Below, in pieces: positions 30,768-40,376 of a DNA stretch of 64,000 nt (its first letter is position 1; each line of letters starts with the position of its first letter). The DNA lies in NCBI GenBank assembly GCA_038322235.1, contig JBBQFQ010000021.1, forward strand, positions 1 to 64,000, written 5' to 3'. The notes beneath the pieces are model-generated. The model did no database searches and had not been told where the DNA came from. It saw only the letters and a list, made by a program, of their open reading frames with translations. The position numbers were made by a program, and so were the translations under genes. This stretch comes from Chthoniobacterales bacterium. GTDB lineage: Bacteria > Verrucomicrobiota > Verrucomicrobiia > Chthoniobacterales > SZAS-18.

Positions 30768-31361
30768 TCACTCCGTCGCCGTGATGCGTTTCAGGGCGGA
30801 GATGCAGATGACACCGACCATCGACGCTTCCAGCGGTTCGCCCACGTCGTCGCCGGAGATCGCGGTGAGCTTCACGACGACGTTCAATTCGCGGAACACG
30901 ATCGTGAATCCGCGCCGGATCTTATCCGGATGGGTCGCGTCCTTCATTTCCGGCCCGAAGCAGCGCGCCCCGTCGCCGATGGTCGTCGCCGTGGGGAAAT
31001 CGCTGGCACCGTCCGCGAGCAGATCGTAAGACGCGCGGAGGTAGGAAGCCGCGGCGGCCTCCGTGGGAAAGACAAAGCGCGCGTCCATCAGCCGGCCGAT
31101 CGTGGCGCTCTTCGAATCGGCGATCCAGCCGCGGAAGCCAAGGCGCAGTCCGCCGAACTCGGCGAAGGCGAGATCGCGCGGATCCGGTCCGGAAATGAGC
31201 GACGCCTGTTTCATCTGAAGCCCGAGGGGGAGATCGACCGATTCGAGAAAGAGTTTCCGGAAATCGCGGGAATCCAAGCCCCGCATGGGCGCGTCCGGCG
31301 CCTGCGCGGCGAGGGGCGCGGCCAGCAGGAGAAGCGCAGCTAACCGACGAAGCGTGAACAT
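30768..31361 (-). CDS. hypothetical secreted protein
   Basis: Signal peptide MFTLRRLAALLLLAAPLAAQA. Start reset to this ATG because the upstream part of the ORF overlaps the BNR gene. Confidence 0.45.
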   Translation of the reverse strand: MFTLRRLAALLLLAAPLAAQAPDAPMRGLDSRDFRKLFLESVDLPLGLQMKQASLISGPDPRDLAFAEFGGLRLGFRGWIADSKSATIGRLMDARFVFPTEAAAASYLRASYDLLADGASDFPTATTIGDGARCFGPEMKDATHPDKIRRGFTIVFRELNVVVKLTAISGDDVGEPLEASMVGVICISALKRITATE

Positions 31362-31405
31362 GGCGAACCATGCGCGTGGCGCCGTGCCCGGCAACGTGCG
31401 ATCGC

Positions 31406-32130
31406 TCAGGGCACCTGGTAGACCTCGACCAGCGCGACGCCGCTGCTGTTGTTCTTTCCGCGGACGATCCCGGTATAGATACCCTTCGGCAGCGTGATGA
31501 GGATCGCACACTCGCGGTCATCCGTTGGGGCGAGGCCGGTCGCCTGAATGCTCGCCTGCTGGGTGTCTTTCCAGTTGTCATTCGTCGCGAGGATCGCGCC
31601 CGTGCCATCATGCAACTCCAGCACCGGATCGAGCAACGGTCCCGGAACGCCCGAGGCGGCGAGGGAGGGGCCGATCGCCCGGACCAAGACCTTCACCGAC
31701 CCGCTCTCATTCACGCCGAGGCCCGCGCCGATGACGAAGCCACCGATCATGACATTGTCGCCGGTTTCGACGCGGCCGCGCGAGCTGATGTTGATCAGCC
31801 GCGAGTTGGCTCCGGTCGCAAGATCGTAGACCTCCACGAGCGCCACGCCGGTCGTCCCGCCCGACCCGCGGACGATTCCCGTGTAGATCCCGGGTGCGAG
31901 GGTGATCACGATCGCTGATTCCCGATCGTCCGTCGGGGCGAAGGGCGTCCCCTGGATCTCGGCTGCCTGGCTCGAGCGCCAGTTGTCATTCGAGGCGATG
32001 AGCGCGCTCACCTGATTGTACAATTCCAACACCGGATCGGCGAGGACGCCCGGGACGCCGGCGGCCGCGAGGGAGGGGCCAATGGCGCGAACGATCACGC
32101 GCTTTGGCTCGCTGCCCCCGATGACGAAGC
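31406..32130. repeat. intragenic tandem duplication (2 x about 330 bp) encoding the two C-terminal repeat domains of the BNR protein
   Basis: DNA segments about 31430-31790 and about 31790-32130 are clearly similar (e.g. GATCGCACACTCGCGGTCATCCGTTGGGGCGAGGCCGGT vs GATCGCTGATTCCCGATCGTCCGTCGGGGCGAAGGGCGT). Confidence 0.6.
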
Positions 32131-33943
32131 CTCCGATCAGGACGTTGTCGCCGGTTTGCGTACGGAGTCGGGTGGAGACATTGAGCGGACGCCCGCTCCG
32201 AACCACCGAGGCGACATCGTTCGGATCGGTGCCAGAGCGGAATTCCGAGAGGTTGTCTTCGCCGTCGCGGTCGGCATCGCCGGCCGGTCCGCCGGTGGCT
32301 GGATTTGAAATTTGCGCCAGCGAAAGGTGCGCCGCCTGCCAGCTTGGGAAATCGAACTGCGGCGCCACGCCCACCCGCGCGACAAACGGATCCGGATTGC
32401 CGGTGCGCGTGTCCACCCAGACGGGAATGGCCGGCACATTCGCATTCACGGCGGGCGCGATCGCGAGATAGTCCCCGAGCATGTAGCCGTTGCTGGTGAG
32501 GGGCGCGACGCTCACGTCGCTGGACTCAGAAGTGATCCGGAGATTCGGCTGCCAGGTGGCACCCCCATCAAAAGACTGCGCGAGGTAGAGATTGACCAGC
32601 AGGGTGGAATTTGGGTTGTCGCGCCGGTCGTAGAACGAGACGCTCAGGTTCTGCCCGTTCGCCGACGCCGCGATCGCCGCGTTGAACACTCCGGTGCTCG
32701 CCGGGTTGTCGGACACGGGAATCGGCGTGCTCCACGTCGCCCCGGCATCGGTCGACTTCGTGAACATGATCCGCGGCGCCCCGGCGTTCTGCGCCGTGTA
32801 GGCGACGTAAAGGTTCGCCCCCGTTTGATCGCCGCTTGCGGAAGGGAGAAACGGGCCGCTGCGGATGCTCGGCTCGCGGTATTCGAGCGCGTTCGCGATC
32901 CGGACCGGCGCGCCAAAGGTTGCGCCGCCGTCGTTGGAGACGACGACCTCCAACCGCTCGTCGTTCGCGTTCAGGCCGAAGTTCCAATACACGATCGCGA
33001 GCCGGCCGTCGGGTAGGAAAACCGGTTGAGAACCCTGGGCGTTGGTCAAGTTGTTGTGCACGAAAACCAGCGGCGACCAAGTCAGTCCGGCGTCATCACT
33101 GAAGCTCAGGACGATGGGCGAAACGGTGTCCGAGGAGAAGAGCGTGAAGGTCACGACGAGGCGCCCCGCGTGCGGCGTGCCGGGAAACGGATTCACGGCG
33201 ATCCAGTTCTTGTCCGCCGTGAAGTTCGCGCCCGTTACGGTCGCGGCCGGGGGGCGATACACCACCACCGGGGGACCGAAGGATTGGCCAAGATCGGTGG
33301 AGCGACTCACCACGACGTCGGCGCCCACGTCGAATCCGTTGGCATCGACCGCGGTGAGGGTATTCAGGAAGATCCGGCCACTGCCGTCGATCGCAGCTAC
33401 GGGATCGGTCGCGCGGAAATATGGGCCACCGGAGGATTGCGTGAGACCCGGGATGAGCGCGCGCGTCCAGCTGAGCCCGCCGTCGCGGCTGATCGAGTAG
33501 CCGCAATCGAGCGCGCCGCCATTGGTGGCGAACCGCCCCTCCTGAAACGTAGCCGCGAGAAAGTCCGCATTCACCGGCGAGCGGACGATATGCGGCTCCG
33601 CCTGCGCCCGTTGATTCGCCGGCAGGGCGACTGGGTCATCGCCGAGGCGGAGGTTTCCGGCGATGCGCGGGTCCACCGCGAAAGAGGTCGTCGCATCGAT
33701 GGCCGCGTTCGGCCGCAGGGCGCGAGCCGGATTCGCGGTCACGAGGTCGCCGTCCCGATCGAGCAGGCTCAGCAGGCCGGACGACAGGCGCCGGAGCGGT
33801 ACGTTTCGCAGCGCGACGGGCAGACGATCCCGATCGACTTCCGGCTTGGGCCGTCCGGCCGCCGGCGTCGGCGGGTTTTCCACGCCCAAAACGCTGCTGG
33901 CGGTCAATCCAACCAACAGAAGAACCACCGCGAATCGCGTCAT
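31406..33943 (-). CDS. BNR/Asp-box repeat (sialidase-like) secreted protein with two tandem about 110-aa C-terminal repeat domains
   Basis: Signal peptide MTRFAVVLLLVGLTASSVLG. At least 6 Asp-box motifs (SRDGGLSWT, STDLGQSF, SDDAGLTWS, SNDGGATFG, STDAGATWS, SFDGGATWQ). The C-terminal duplicated module is ...VRAIGPSLAA.GVPG.L.DPVLEL...NDNW......IQ.T..APTDDRE.AI.ITL..GIYTGIVRG....GVALVEVY. Confidence 0.75.
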   Translation of the reverse strand: MTRFAVVLLLVGLTASSVLGVENPPTPAAGRPKPEVDRDRLPVALRNVPLRRLSSGLLSLLDRDGDLVTANPARALRPNAAIDATTSFAVDPRIAGNLRLGDDPVALPANQRAQAEPHIVRSPVNADFLAATFQEGRFATNGGALDCGYSISRDGGLSWTRALIPGLTQSSGGPYFRATDPVAAIDGSGRIFLNTLTAVDANGFDVGADVVVSRSTDLGQSFGPPVVVYRPPAATVTGANFTADKNWIAVNPFPGTPHAGRLVVTFTLFSSDTVSPIVLSFSDDAGLTWSPLVFVHNNLTNAQGSQPVFLPDGRLAIVYWNFGLNANDERLEVVVSNDGGATFGAPVRIANALEYREPSIRSGPFLPSASGDQTGANLYVAYTAQNAGAPRIMFTKSTDAGATWSTPIPVSDNPASTGVFNAAIAASANGQNLSVSFYDRRDNPNSTLLVNLYLAQSFDGGATWQPNLRITSESSDVSVAPLTSNGYMLGDYLAIAPAVNANVPAIPVWVDTRTGNPDPFVARVGVAPQFDFPSWQAAHLSLAQISNPATGGPAGDADRDGEDNLSEFRSGTDPNDVASVVRSGRPLNVSTRLRTQTGDNVLIGGFVIGGSEPKRVIVRAIGPSLAAAGVPGVLADPVLELYNQVSALIASNDNWRSSQAAEIQGTPFAPTDDRESAIVITLAPGIYTGIVRGSGGTTGVALVEVYDLATGANSRLINISSRGRVETGDNVMIGGFVIGAGLGVNESGSVKVLVRAIGPSLAASGVPGPLLDPVLELHDGTGAILATNDNWKDTQQASIQATGLAPTDDRECAILITLPKGIYTGIVRGKNNSSGVALVEVYQVP

Positions 33944-34187
33944 GGGAAACCTGCTCGCCGAAGGCGGGGAGGGAGACAAGCCGGAACCGCCCATCGGATC
34001 GGGGAAAGACCCCGCCAATCCTGCTTCATTGCCCGCCGAAAATTGAACATTTCGGCGCTGGCTCCGTCCATTTCGGCGCGCGCGGCCACTCCGGCCGTTC
34101 GAAAAACCTTGTTGCTTCCACCTGCCGCGGAATAGCTTCCTGCAACGCTCGCATCACCGCTGAGCCACCCCACCTGACCTCCTCCTC

Positions 34188-35264
34188 ATGGCACTCTTCG
34201 ACTTCATCAAAGGCCAGTTCATCGACGTCATCGATTTTCTCGACGACTCGCGGGACACACTCTCCTACCGCTTCCCGGATAACGACCACGAGATCAAGAA
34301 CGGCGCGCAACTCATCGTGCGCGAGTCGCAGGTCGCACAGTTCGTCTACCTCGGGGAATTCGGTGACTGCTTCAAGCCGGGCAAGCACACGCTCGCGACG
34401 GAGAACATCCCCATCCTGACCTCGCTCAAAAGCTGGAAGTTCGCCTTCAACTCACCCTTCAAGGCGGACGTCTACTACGTCACCACCCGCGTCTTCACCG
34501 GAAACAAGTGGGGCACCGCAAACCCGATCATGATGCGGGATGCCGACTTCGGCATCGTCCGGGCGCGCGCCTACGGCACCTACGACTTCAAGATCACCGA
34601 TCCCCCCAAGTTCCTCAAGGAAGTCGCCGGAACCGACGAGCATTTCCGGCTCGACGAATTTTCCGACGTCATGCGCTCGCGGATGGTCAGCGTCTTCAGC
34701 GAGGCGCTGGCGAAGGCGAAGGTCCCCGTGCTCGACGTGGCGATGCGCTACTCCGAGCTCGGTGAGGCGCTCATGCCGATCATCAACCCGGCGTTCACGG
34801 AGAAGTATGGTCTCGAGATGACGAGCTTCGTGATCGAGAACGTCTCCGTTCCGCCCGAAGTCGAGGCGGCGATCGACAAGCGCTCCAGCATGGGCGCGAT
34901 CGGCAACCTGAACGACTACGTGAAGTTCCAGATGGCCGAAGGCATGGGCAAGGGTGGCGACGGTGGCGTTGGCGCGATCGGTGCGCAGATGGCCGTCGGC
35001 ATGCAGGTCGCCCAGAGCATGATCAACCCGGCCGCGTTCACGCCGCCGCCGGTTCCGCCCGCTGGTGCGCCCGCCGCGCCCGCGGCTGCTCCCGCGGCCG
35101 CCGGACTTCCGGAACTCCTGACGCCCGCCCAGGCGGCGCAGACGCTGGGCGTTTCCGAAGAGGACGTGCTCGCCAGTCTCACCGATGGCTCGCTCAAGGG
35201 GAAGAAGATCGGCGCCTCCTGGCGCATCACCCGCAAGGCGCTGGACGAGTTCCTGAGCGCATGA
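34188..35264 (+). CDS. SPFH-domain protein of the YdjI / virion-core-protein-like subfamily fused to a C-terminal helix-turn-helix
   Basis: N-terminal 230 aa follow the YdjI-type pattern (FDFIKGQFIDVIDF..DD...L.YRFP..D.EIKNGAQLIVRESQ.A.FV..G......PG...L.T.NIP.L...K.WKFAFNSPF.A.VY.V.T..F....WGT..PI......G.VR.RAYGTY.FKI.DP). Gly/Met-rich linker, then LTPAQAAQTLGVSEEDVLASLTDGSLKGKKIGASWRITRKALDEFL (excisionase/MerR-like HTH). Confidence 0.8.
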   Translation: MALFDFIKGQFIDVIDFLDDSRDTLSYRFPDNDHEIKNGAQLIVRESQVAQFVYLGEFGDCFKPGKHTLATENIPILTSLKSWKFAFNSPFKADVYYVTTRVFTGNKWGTANPIMMRDADFGIVRARAYGTYDFKITDPPKFLKEVAGTDEHFRLDEFSDVMRSRMVSVFSEALAKAKVPVLDVAMRYSELGEALMPIINPAFTEKYGLEMTSFVIENVSVPPEVEAAIDKRSSMGAIGNLNDYVKFQMAEGMGKGGDGGVGAIGAQMAVGMQVAQSMINPAAFTPPPVPPAGAPAAPAAAPAAAGLPELLTPAQAAQTLGVSEEDVLASLTDGSLKGKKIGASWRITRKALDEFLSA

Positions 35265-36502
35265 TTCATCCCGTCGCCGCGCGGCGTCCTTCCGGGGCGC
35301 CGCGCGGGCGGCATTTTCGTCCTCTCCCGCTGATTTTTTGCTCCATGGCCGACGCTGAGCCCCCTCCTTTCGCGCGTCCCACCGCGGATGAGCCCCAGCC
35401 CCTTCACGCGAAGAGCAAATTTGCCTGCCCGGTCTGCGGCGGCGAAGCCCAGTGGAACCCAAAGAAGCAGGCGCTCGTCTGCGCCTACTGCGGGGCGGAA
35501 TCGGCCGCGAAACTCGATCAAACCACGGGTCAGGCGGAGGAGCACGATCTCGCGGCGGCCCTGCAGAACATCCCCGACAGCGACCGCGGCTGGGGCACCG
35601 CGAAAAAGACGGTGCAGTGCCAGCACTGCAAGGCGATCTCCGTGTTCCCGCCGGAGCGCGTCTCCCAGCGGTGCGATTTCTGCGGTTCGACCTCGCTCAT
35701 TCCGTATGAGCAGGAGAAGCCGCCGATCAGTCCGGAGAGCCTCCTGCCGTTCAAGGTGCATGAAGGGCAGGCGCGGGACATCGTCCGGAAGTGGTACGGA
35801 GAGGTCTGGTTCGCCCCGGATCGCCTCAAAAAGGCCGCCCTCACGGACACGGTGAAGGGCTATTATCTCCCGTACTGGACCTTCGATTCCCAGGTCCATT
35901 GTCCGTGGCAGGCGGAGGCCGGCTTCCATTATTACGAGACCGAGAGCTACACGGACAACGATGGGGAACGGCAGACGCGCCAGGTGCAGCGTACCCGCTG
36001 GGAATACGCCTGCGGCACGGTGGACCACTTTTTTGACGATGAGCTGGTCGCGGCGTCGAAAGGCGTGCCGCTCGAGTTACTCCGCCAAATCGAGCCGTTT
36101 CCGACGACCACCGATCTCGTAAAATACGATCCCGGTTTTCTCTCCGGTTGGGTTGTCGAGCAATACCAGATCGACCTCGTCTCTGCGGCGCAGAAGGCCC
36201 GGGCGATGATGACCGACGAACTTCAGACGATGTGCGGCCAGCAGGTTCCGGGCGATACCTATCGGAACCTCAGTCTCGCGCCCGAGTTCGCGGCCGACAC
36301 CTTCAAGCATCTGCTGCTGCCGCTCTGGATGCTGTCGTACAACTACAACGGAACCGCCCACCAGGTCGTGATCAACGGCTACACCGGCGCTGTCGCCGGC
36401 AAGTACCCGAAGAGCTGGGTGAAGATCACTCTCCTTGTGGTCGCCATCCTCATTGTGATTTTGATCATCGCGTCGCTGGCGGGAAAGAGTAAGCGGCGGT
36501 GA
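35261..36502 (+). CDS. double zinc-ribbon protein with C-terminal transmembrane anchor (YdjG/YdjH-like partner of SPFH protein)
   Basis: ATGA overlap with the upstream stop (translational coupling). Two CxxC-x(15-20)-CxxC ribbons (CPVCGG...CAYCG; CQHCK...CDFCGS), about 250-aa soluble domain, terminal TM (ITLLVVAILIVILIIASLAG) + KSKRR. Confidence 0.7.
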   Translation: MIHPVAARRPSGAPRGRHFRPLPLIFCSMADAEPPPFARPTADEPQPLHAKSKFACPVCGGEAQWNPKKQALVCAYCGAESAAKLDQTTGQAEEHDLAAALQNIPDSDRGWGTAKKTVQCQHCKAISVFPPERVSQRCDFCGSTSLIPYEQEKPPISPESLLPFKVHEGQARDIVRKWYGEVWFAPDRLKKAALTDTVKGYYLPYWTFDSQVHCPWQAEAGFHYYETESYTDNDGERQTRQVQRTRWEYACGTVDHFFDDELVAASKGVPLELLRQIEPFPTTTDLVKYDPGFLSGWVVEQYQIDLVSAAQKARAMMTDELQTMCGQQVPGDTYRNLSLAPEFAADTFKHLLLPLWMLSYNYNGTAHQVVINGYTGAVAGKYPKSWVKITLLVVAILIVILIIASLAGKSKRR

Positions 36503-36614
36503 GGCGCAGAATCAAAACGTCGGCGCGGAGTGATGAGACGGATTCGTTCCCACCGCGGGAGGGCTGCGCTCCGCCCCGCCGCACGTCCTTCGGCGCTGAA
36601 GAACCCACCGCCCC

Positions 36615-37199
36615 TTACCGCCCCGCGGTGAAAATCCGGGCTGATCCTTCGAGCGGATCGCGTTTTATCCAGGTGTACTCGCGGTCCTTGGTCACGCGAA
36701 AGCAGGTGATCCGCCCACTTGAGCGCCACGGGTCGAGCAGGATCCCTTCTTCAAACGGGCGTCCCTTCGCCGTGACGACCACCGAGTTGTGCTCGTTGAA
36801 TTTTCCAAGGAACGCGACGCCCCAATGGAAATCGAACGTCTTCGGCTTCACGGGTTCGAGGGCCTTCGCCATGTCCCAGGTCCACTGCCAGCAGAGTCCG
36901 CGCGGACGGAGACCGAAATTGACGAGCAGGTTGTGCTCGGCCGGGCCCATGTTCACTTGATATTTTTCCGCCAGTTCCGCTCCGCACCGCACCGCGGCAT
37001 CGGCGATTCGGCGGGCCTCCGCGGGATCGCCCTCCGGCACGAGCTTCATGATGGCTTCGGCCACGCGCGTGATATTTGGCTCCTCCGAGGGAGCCAGGAC
37101 GACGCGGCCGTCAGCATCGCGGCGAATGGCGGGCCGGTCGGCGCAGGCACCGAGAGTCAGAAGAGCGAGTCCGAGGAAGGAAAGCAGCAGGCGGGGCAT
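36615..37199 (-). CDS. putative lipoprotein (hypothetical)
   Basis: Start MPRLLLSFLGLALLTLGAC carries a lipobox (LTLGAC). 194 aa. Confidence 0.55.
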   Translation of the reverse strand: MPRLLLSFLGLALLTLGACADRPAIRRDADGRVVLAPSEEPNITRVAEAIMKLVPEGDPAEARRIADAAVRCGAELAEKYQVNMGPAEHNLLVNFGLRPRGLCWQWTWDMAKALEPVKPKTFDFHWGVAFLGKFNEHNSVVVTAKGRPFEEGILLDPWRSSGRITCFRVTKDREYTWIKRDPLEGSARIFTAGR

Positions 37200-37360
37200 G
37201 GGAAAGTTTGTCACAAAAGGCGCGCGCCGGAGAAAGCAACGGAGCGACAAGCAAAAAGCCGGACTGGACCCGCGCAGGCGCGAGTCCAATCCGGCAAAAT
37301 CGTTCCTGTCGGGCCAGCGCGGAGGTGAAGCCGGGCAGCACGATCAGGGTTTCGATCGAA

Positions 37361-37477
37361 TTACTTCGACATGGTCTTGGCGGGCGCCGGGGCGTTTTGG
37401 GCGCTCTTGGCACAGGCGCCGAGCCCGAGCGCCGCAGCGGCGAGGGCAACGATCGCGATGGATTTGATGGTCTTCAT
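37361..37477 (-). CDS. small lipoprotein (38 aa), below ORF-track threshold
   Basis: MKTIKSIAIVALAAAALGLGACAKSAQNAPAPAKTMSK, found by hand translation. Strong SD (AGGGAGGTGAAACATTTTATTATG) and lipobox LGLGAC. Confidence 0.4.
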   Translation of the reverse strand: MKTIKSIAIVALAAAALGLGACAKSAQNAPAPAKTMSK

Positions 37478-37646
37478 AATAAAATGTTTCACCTCCCTTT
37501 CTTAGCAGTATGCGACAACAACTCGTCGTCATGCCCCATGCACCGCAAGAGTGCAAGGCGGCATGATGGTCGACTCGCCGGTGGAGGCGGGTTTTTTGGC
37601 CTAAAGATGCGGCGGAAGAGGCTGAGTGTGCCACCCTCGCGGTTCG

Positions 37647-39977
37647 CTAGAGCGACTGCACCCCCCGCGGGCGGACCACCCTCGGCGCCGAGACGGTGCT
37701 CGCCGTCCCGACCGGCGCCGGACAGATCACCGCGAGCGGTGCCAAGTGCGCCACCCTGGAGATCGGGGCGATCTGCAAGGTCACCGCGGCGGCGGTCTCG
37801 GGACGCGCGGATGGAGCCGCCGGTGCCGCCGGCGAGGCTGGTGCCGATGGTGCCGACGGAGCTGCCGGGGGTAAGGGCGCGTCCGGGATCGCCGGCGCTT
37901 TCTGCGGCTTCGGCGGCCGTGGCACGCGCGGCATCCACGCCTGGACGTTCGCGCCCTCGTCGCAGCGCGCGAGTTGTTGGATGGCGCTCTTGCGGAGTTT
38001 GGCATCCGGATCTTCCCGCGCGATTGACGCGAGCTTGTCGGAAGCGACCTTCGAGCGGCCAGAGAGGCGGCCGAGCGAGCGGATCACCGATTCCTTGAGC
38101 GGAGCACCAGGGCTCGCGTCGTAGATGGCGATGAGCCCGCGCACGGAGTCGTCCGTGCCGCTTCGGGCGAGGGCTCGCAGCGCGGCCTCTCGGACGCGCG
38201 GTGTGGCGGTCGCGACCTTCGCGGCCTCGAGGATGCGGGCCGTCACGGCCGGATTGTCCTTCTGGCGGCGTCCGAGCGCGTTCAGCGCGGCCTCGCGCGA
38301 GGCGTCATCCTTCGCCGACTCCAGCACCCGCAACAGTGCATTGGTCGCGCCCTGACCTTCGCCGCGGGCGAGCGTATTGATCGACTCTACGCGGACCTCG
38401 GAATCCGGATCCTCCAGCGCCGAACGGCTCAGCAGAGCGAGCAGTTCGGGCGTCAGCTTCCGCATGGGGCGGTCGTCCTCCGTCGTGAACGAGAAGTTGA
38501 AGCCGCGCCACTCCTCGGGGAGATTTTCGCGGGCTTCGGCGATGGCATCGACCACCCCTTCGCGGGCTTCCTGAAGCGATTCCATCACGGACTCGCGCAC
38601 GCCTTCCTGACCCTCGATCAAGGCTTCGCGGGCGGCTTGGAGCGATTCCATCACGCCGTCGCGGACCTCGTCCCCGATTGAGCGCACCCGGTCCCGCGTG
38701 AGACGGGCGGCATCTCGGGCGGACCTGGCCGCGTCGCGCTCGGCGCGGGCGGCATCGCGGTCGGTTCGCGGGATGACCGGAGCCGATGGGGCCGGCGCTT
38801 CAGTCTGCGCGATCAGCAGGCTCGAGAGTCCGGGTCCGGGGCTGGCCTCCGGGAGCGCGGCCCACGCGTGGTGCAGACCAAAGGTCGTCAGAGCGAAGAC
38901 GCCCATCGCCAGCGCGACCGGGCGCCACGCGGCGCGCGGACTGCCGGAGCGTTCGGCGCGGGCGAGGATGGCCTCCACCCGACGGAAGAGGTTCGACTTC
39001 GTTCCGGCGGCCATCCCGGGCGCGAGGAGCGCGGCCGGTGACTCGAGGCGCAGACCCGCGATCTTGGTCAGGCAGCGGGCATAGATTTTCGTCCGGCTAG
39101 TCTCGCTCAGGACGCGGTCATCGCAGGCCATCTCACACGCCAGGCTCGCCTCGCGAGCGATGATGCCGGTCGTCGGCAGCGGCCAGAGGATCGCTTCGAG
39201 GACGCGCTGGACGAGCTGCGTCCAGTCGTCTCGGCGCTGAAGGTGCGCCACCTCGTGGCGGATGACGTGGGCGATCTCGTCCTCGTTGAGCTCGGACGCG
39301 AGATCGAGTGGCAGCAGGACGCAGGGTGCCCCGAGTCCCGCCGCGACCGGCGTGCGCACCCGGGCCGAAGCGAGAATGGCGATCCGGCGGCTCCCGGCGT
39401 TGAGCGTGCGCGGGACGGCTGCTTGCAGGTCGGGCGGCAGCGCGACCGCCTCCCGCTTGAGGCGACGCAGCCCGCGGATTTGCCAGGCGATTCGAGCGAG
39501 CTGCGCGATCGCGCCCGCCGCCCAGCCGACGGCGAGCAATACGGTCAGGATCGACCACGCCACGCGGAGCGGTTGCAGGGTCGCGATGCTCGTCTGCGGC
39601 GCAATCGAGGGCACAAACGCCCCTTCGTTCGAGACCGTGGAATGCGGCAGGGCGAGGGAAACCCGGGGAGTCGCTTCGTCATCGGCATCGTCGAGGCCGG
39701 CGGCGGCGGAACTCGCAATCGCGTTCCCTGTGCGCACCGCCGTCGCGGTCGGGCTCTTGCCGCGGAAGGACGCAAAGGTGGCAGTCGCGAGCCAGAGGGC
39801 GGTCGCGGCCAGGGCGGCGGACCAAAGCGCGAAGCGGGTCGCGGCGTTCCAGTCGCGTTTTGAGCGGAGCAGCGCCCAGACGCCCGCGCCGAGGAGCGCG
39901 GAGACGGTGAGGGCACCGAGGTAGAGTGCCGCCGAATGTTGGGCGGCGGATTCGAGGGTGTCGATCCAGGTCTTCAT
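37647..39977 (-). CDS. BlaR1/MecR1-type M56 family sensor peptidase with C-terminal HEAT/PBS-lyase-like repeats
   Basis: TM helices, metalloprotease HExxH (HEVAHLQRRD). C-terminal repeats (NALLRVLESAKDDASREAALNALGRR... ; ARILEAAKVATATPRVREAALRALARSG...) typical of HEAT-like repeats, then a low-complexity Pro/Ala tail. ATGA overlap with upstream blaI-like gene. Confidence 0.8.
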   Translation of the reverse strand: MKTWIDTLESAAQHSAALYLGALTVSALLGAGVWALLRSKRDWNAATRFALWSAALAATALWLATATFASFRGKSPTATAVRTGNAIASSAAAGLDDADDEATPRVSLALPHSTVSNEGAFVPSIAPQTSIATLQPLRVAWSILTVLLAVGWAAGAIAQLARIAWQIRGLRRLKREAVALPPDLQAAVPRTLNAGSRRIAILASARVRTPVAAGLGAPCVLLPLDLASELNEDEIAHVIRHEVAHLQRRDDWTQLVQRVLEAILWPLPTTGIIAREASLACEMACDDRVLSETSRTKIYARCLTKIAGLRLESPAALLAPGMAAGTKSNLFRRVEAILARAERSGSPRAAWRPVALAMGVFALTTFGLHHAWAALPEASPGPGLSSLLIAQTEAPAPSAPVIPRTDRDAARAERDAARSARDAARLTRDRVRSIGDEVRDGVMESLQAAREALIEGQEGVRESVMESLQEAREGVVDAIAEARENLPEEWRGFNFSFTTEDDRPMRKLTPELLALLSRSALEDPDSEVRVESINTLARGEGQGATNALLRVLESAKDDASREAALNALGRRQKDNPAVTARILEAAKVATATPRVREAALRALARSGTDDSVRGLIAIYDASPGAPLKESVIRSLGRLSGRSKVASDKLASIAREDPDAKLRKSAIQQLARCDEGANVQAWMPRVPRPPKPQKAPAIPDAPLPPAAPSAPSAPASPAAPAAPSARPETAAAVTLQIAPISRVAHLAPLAVICPAPVGTASTVSAPRVVRPRGVQSL

Positions 39978-40375
39978 TTCGTGGTCTCCTTCGCGTCTTC
40001 CTGATGTTGTTCGATGAGTTCTTGCAGGCGGGAAAGTTCGTCGGCGTCGACGTCGTCGTGCTCGAGCAGATTCTGGAGCAGTAGCTCCGGCTGATTGTCG
40101 AAGAACCGCCGCATCACCTGGCGGAGCGCGCTGCGCTGGGCGGCCGATTGATCGACGAGCGGCGCGTACACGAACGCCGCGCCTTCCTTCTCATGGCCCA
40201 CGTAGCCCTTGCGCTCGAGAATGCGGAGGGTCGTGAGCACCGTGCTGTAGCTCAGATCGTAGTTCCGCTTCAATGCGTCCACGATTTCCTGCACGGTCGC
40301 GCGCCCGCGTTTCCACAAGACCTGCATGGGTCTCAACTCGGCTTCGGTCAGCGTATCGGAGGTCGGTCGGGCCAT
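39974..40375 (-). CDS. BlaI/MecI/CopY-family transcriptional repressor
   Basis: 133 aa. Winged-helix pattern (PMQVLWKRGRATVQEIVDAL......STVLTTLRILERKGYVGHEKEGAAFVYAPL). 4-nt overlap with the downstream M56 peptidase gene. Confidence 0.85.
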   Translation of the reverse strand: MARPTSDTLTEAELRPMQVLWKRGRATVQEIVDALKRNYDLSYSTVLTTLRILERKGYVGHEKEGAAFVYAPLVDQSAAQRSALRQVMRRFFDNQPELLLQNLLEHDDVDADELSRLQELIEQHQEDAKETTK

Positions 40376-40376
40376 C

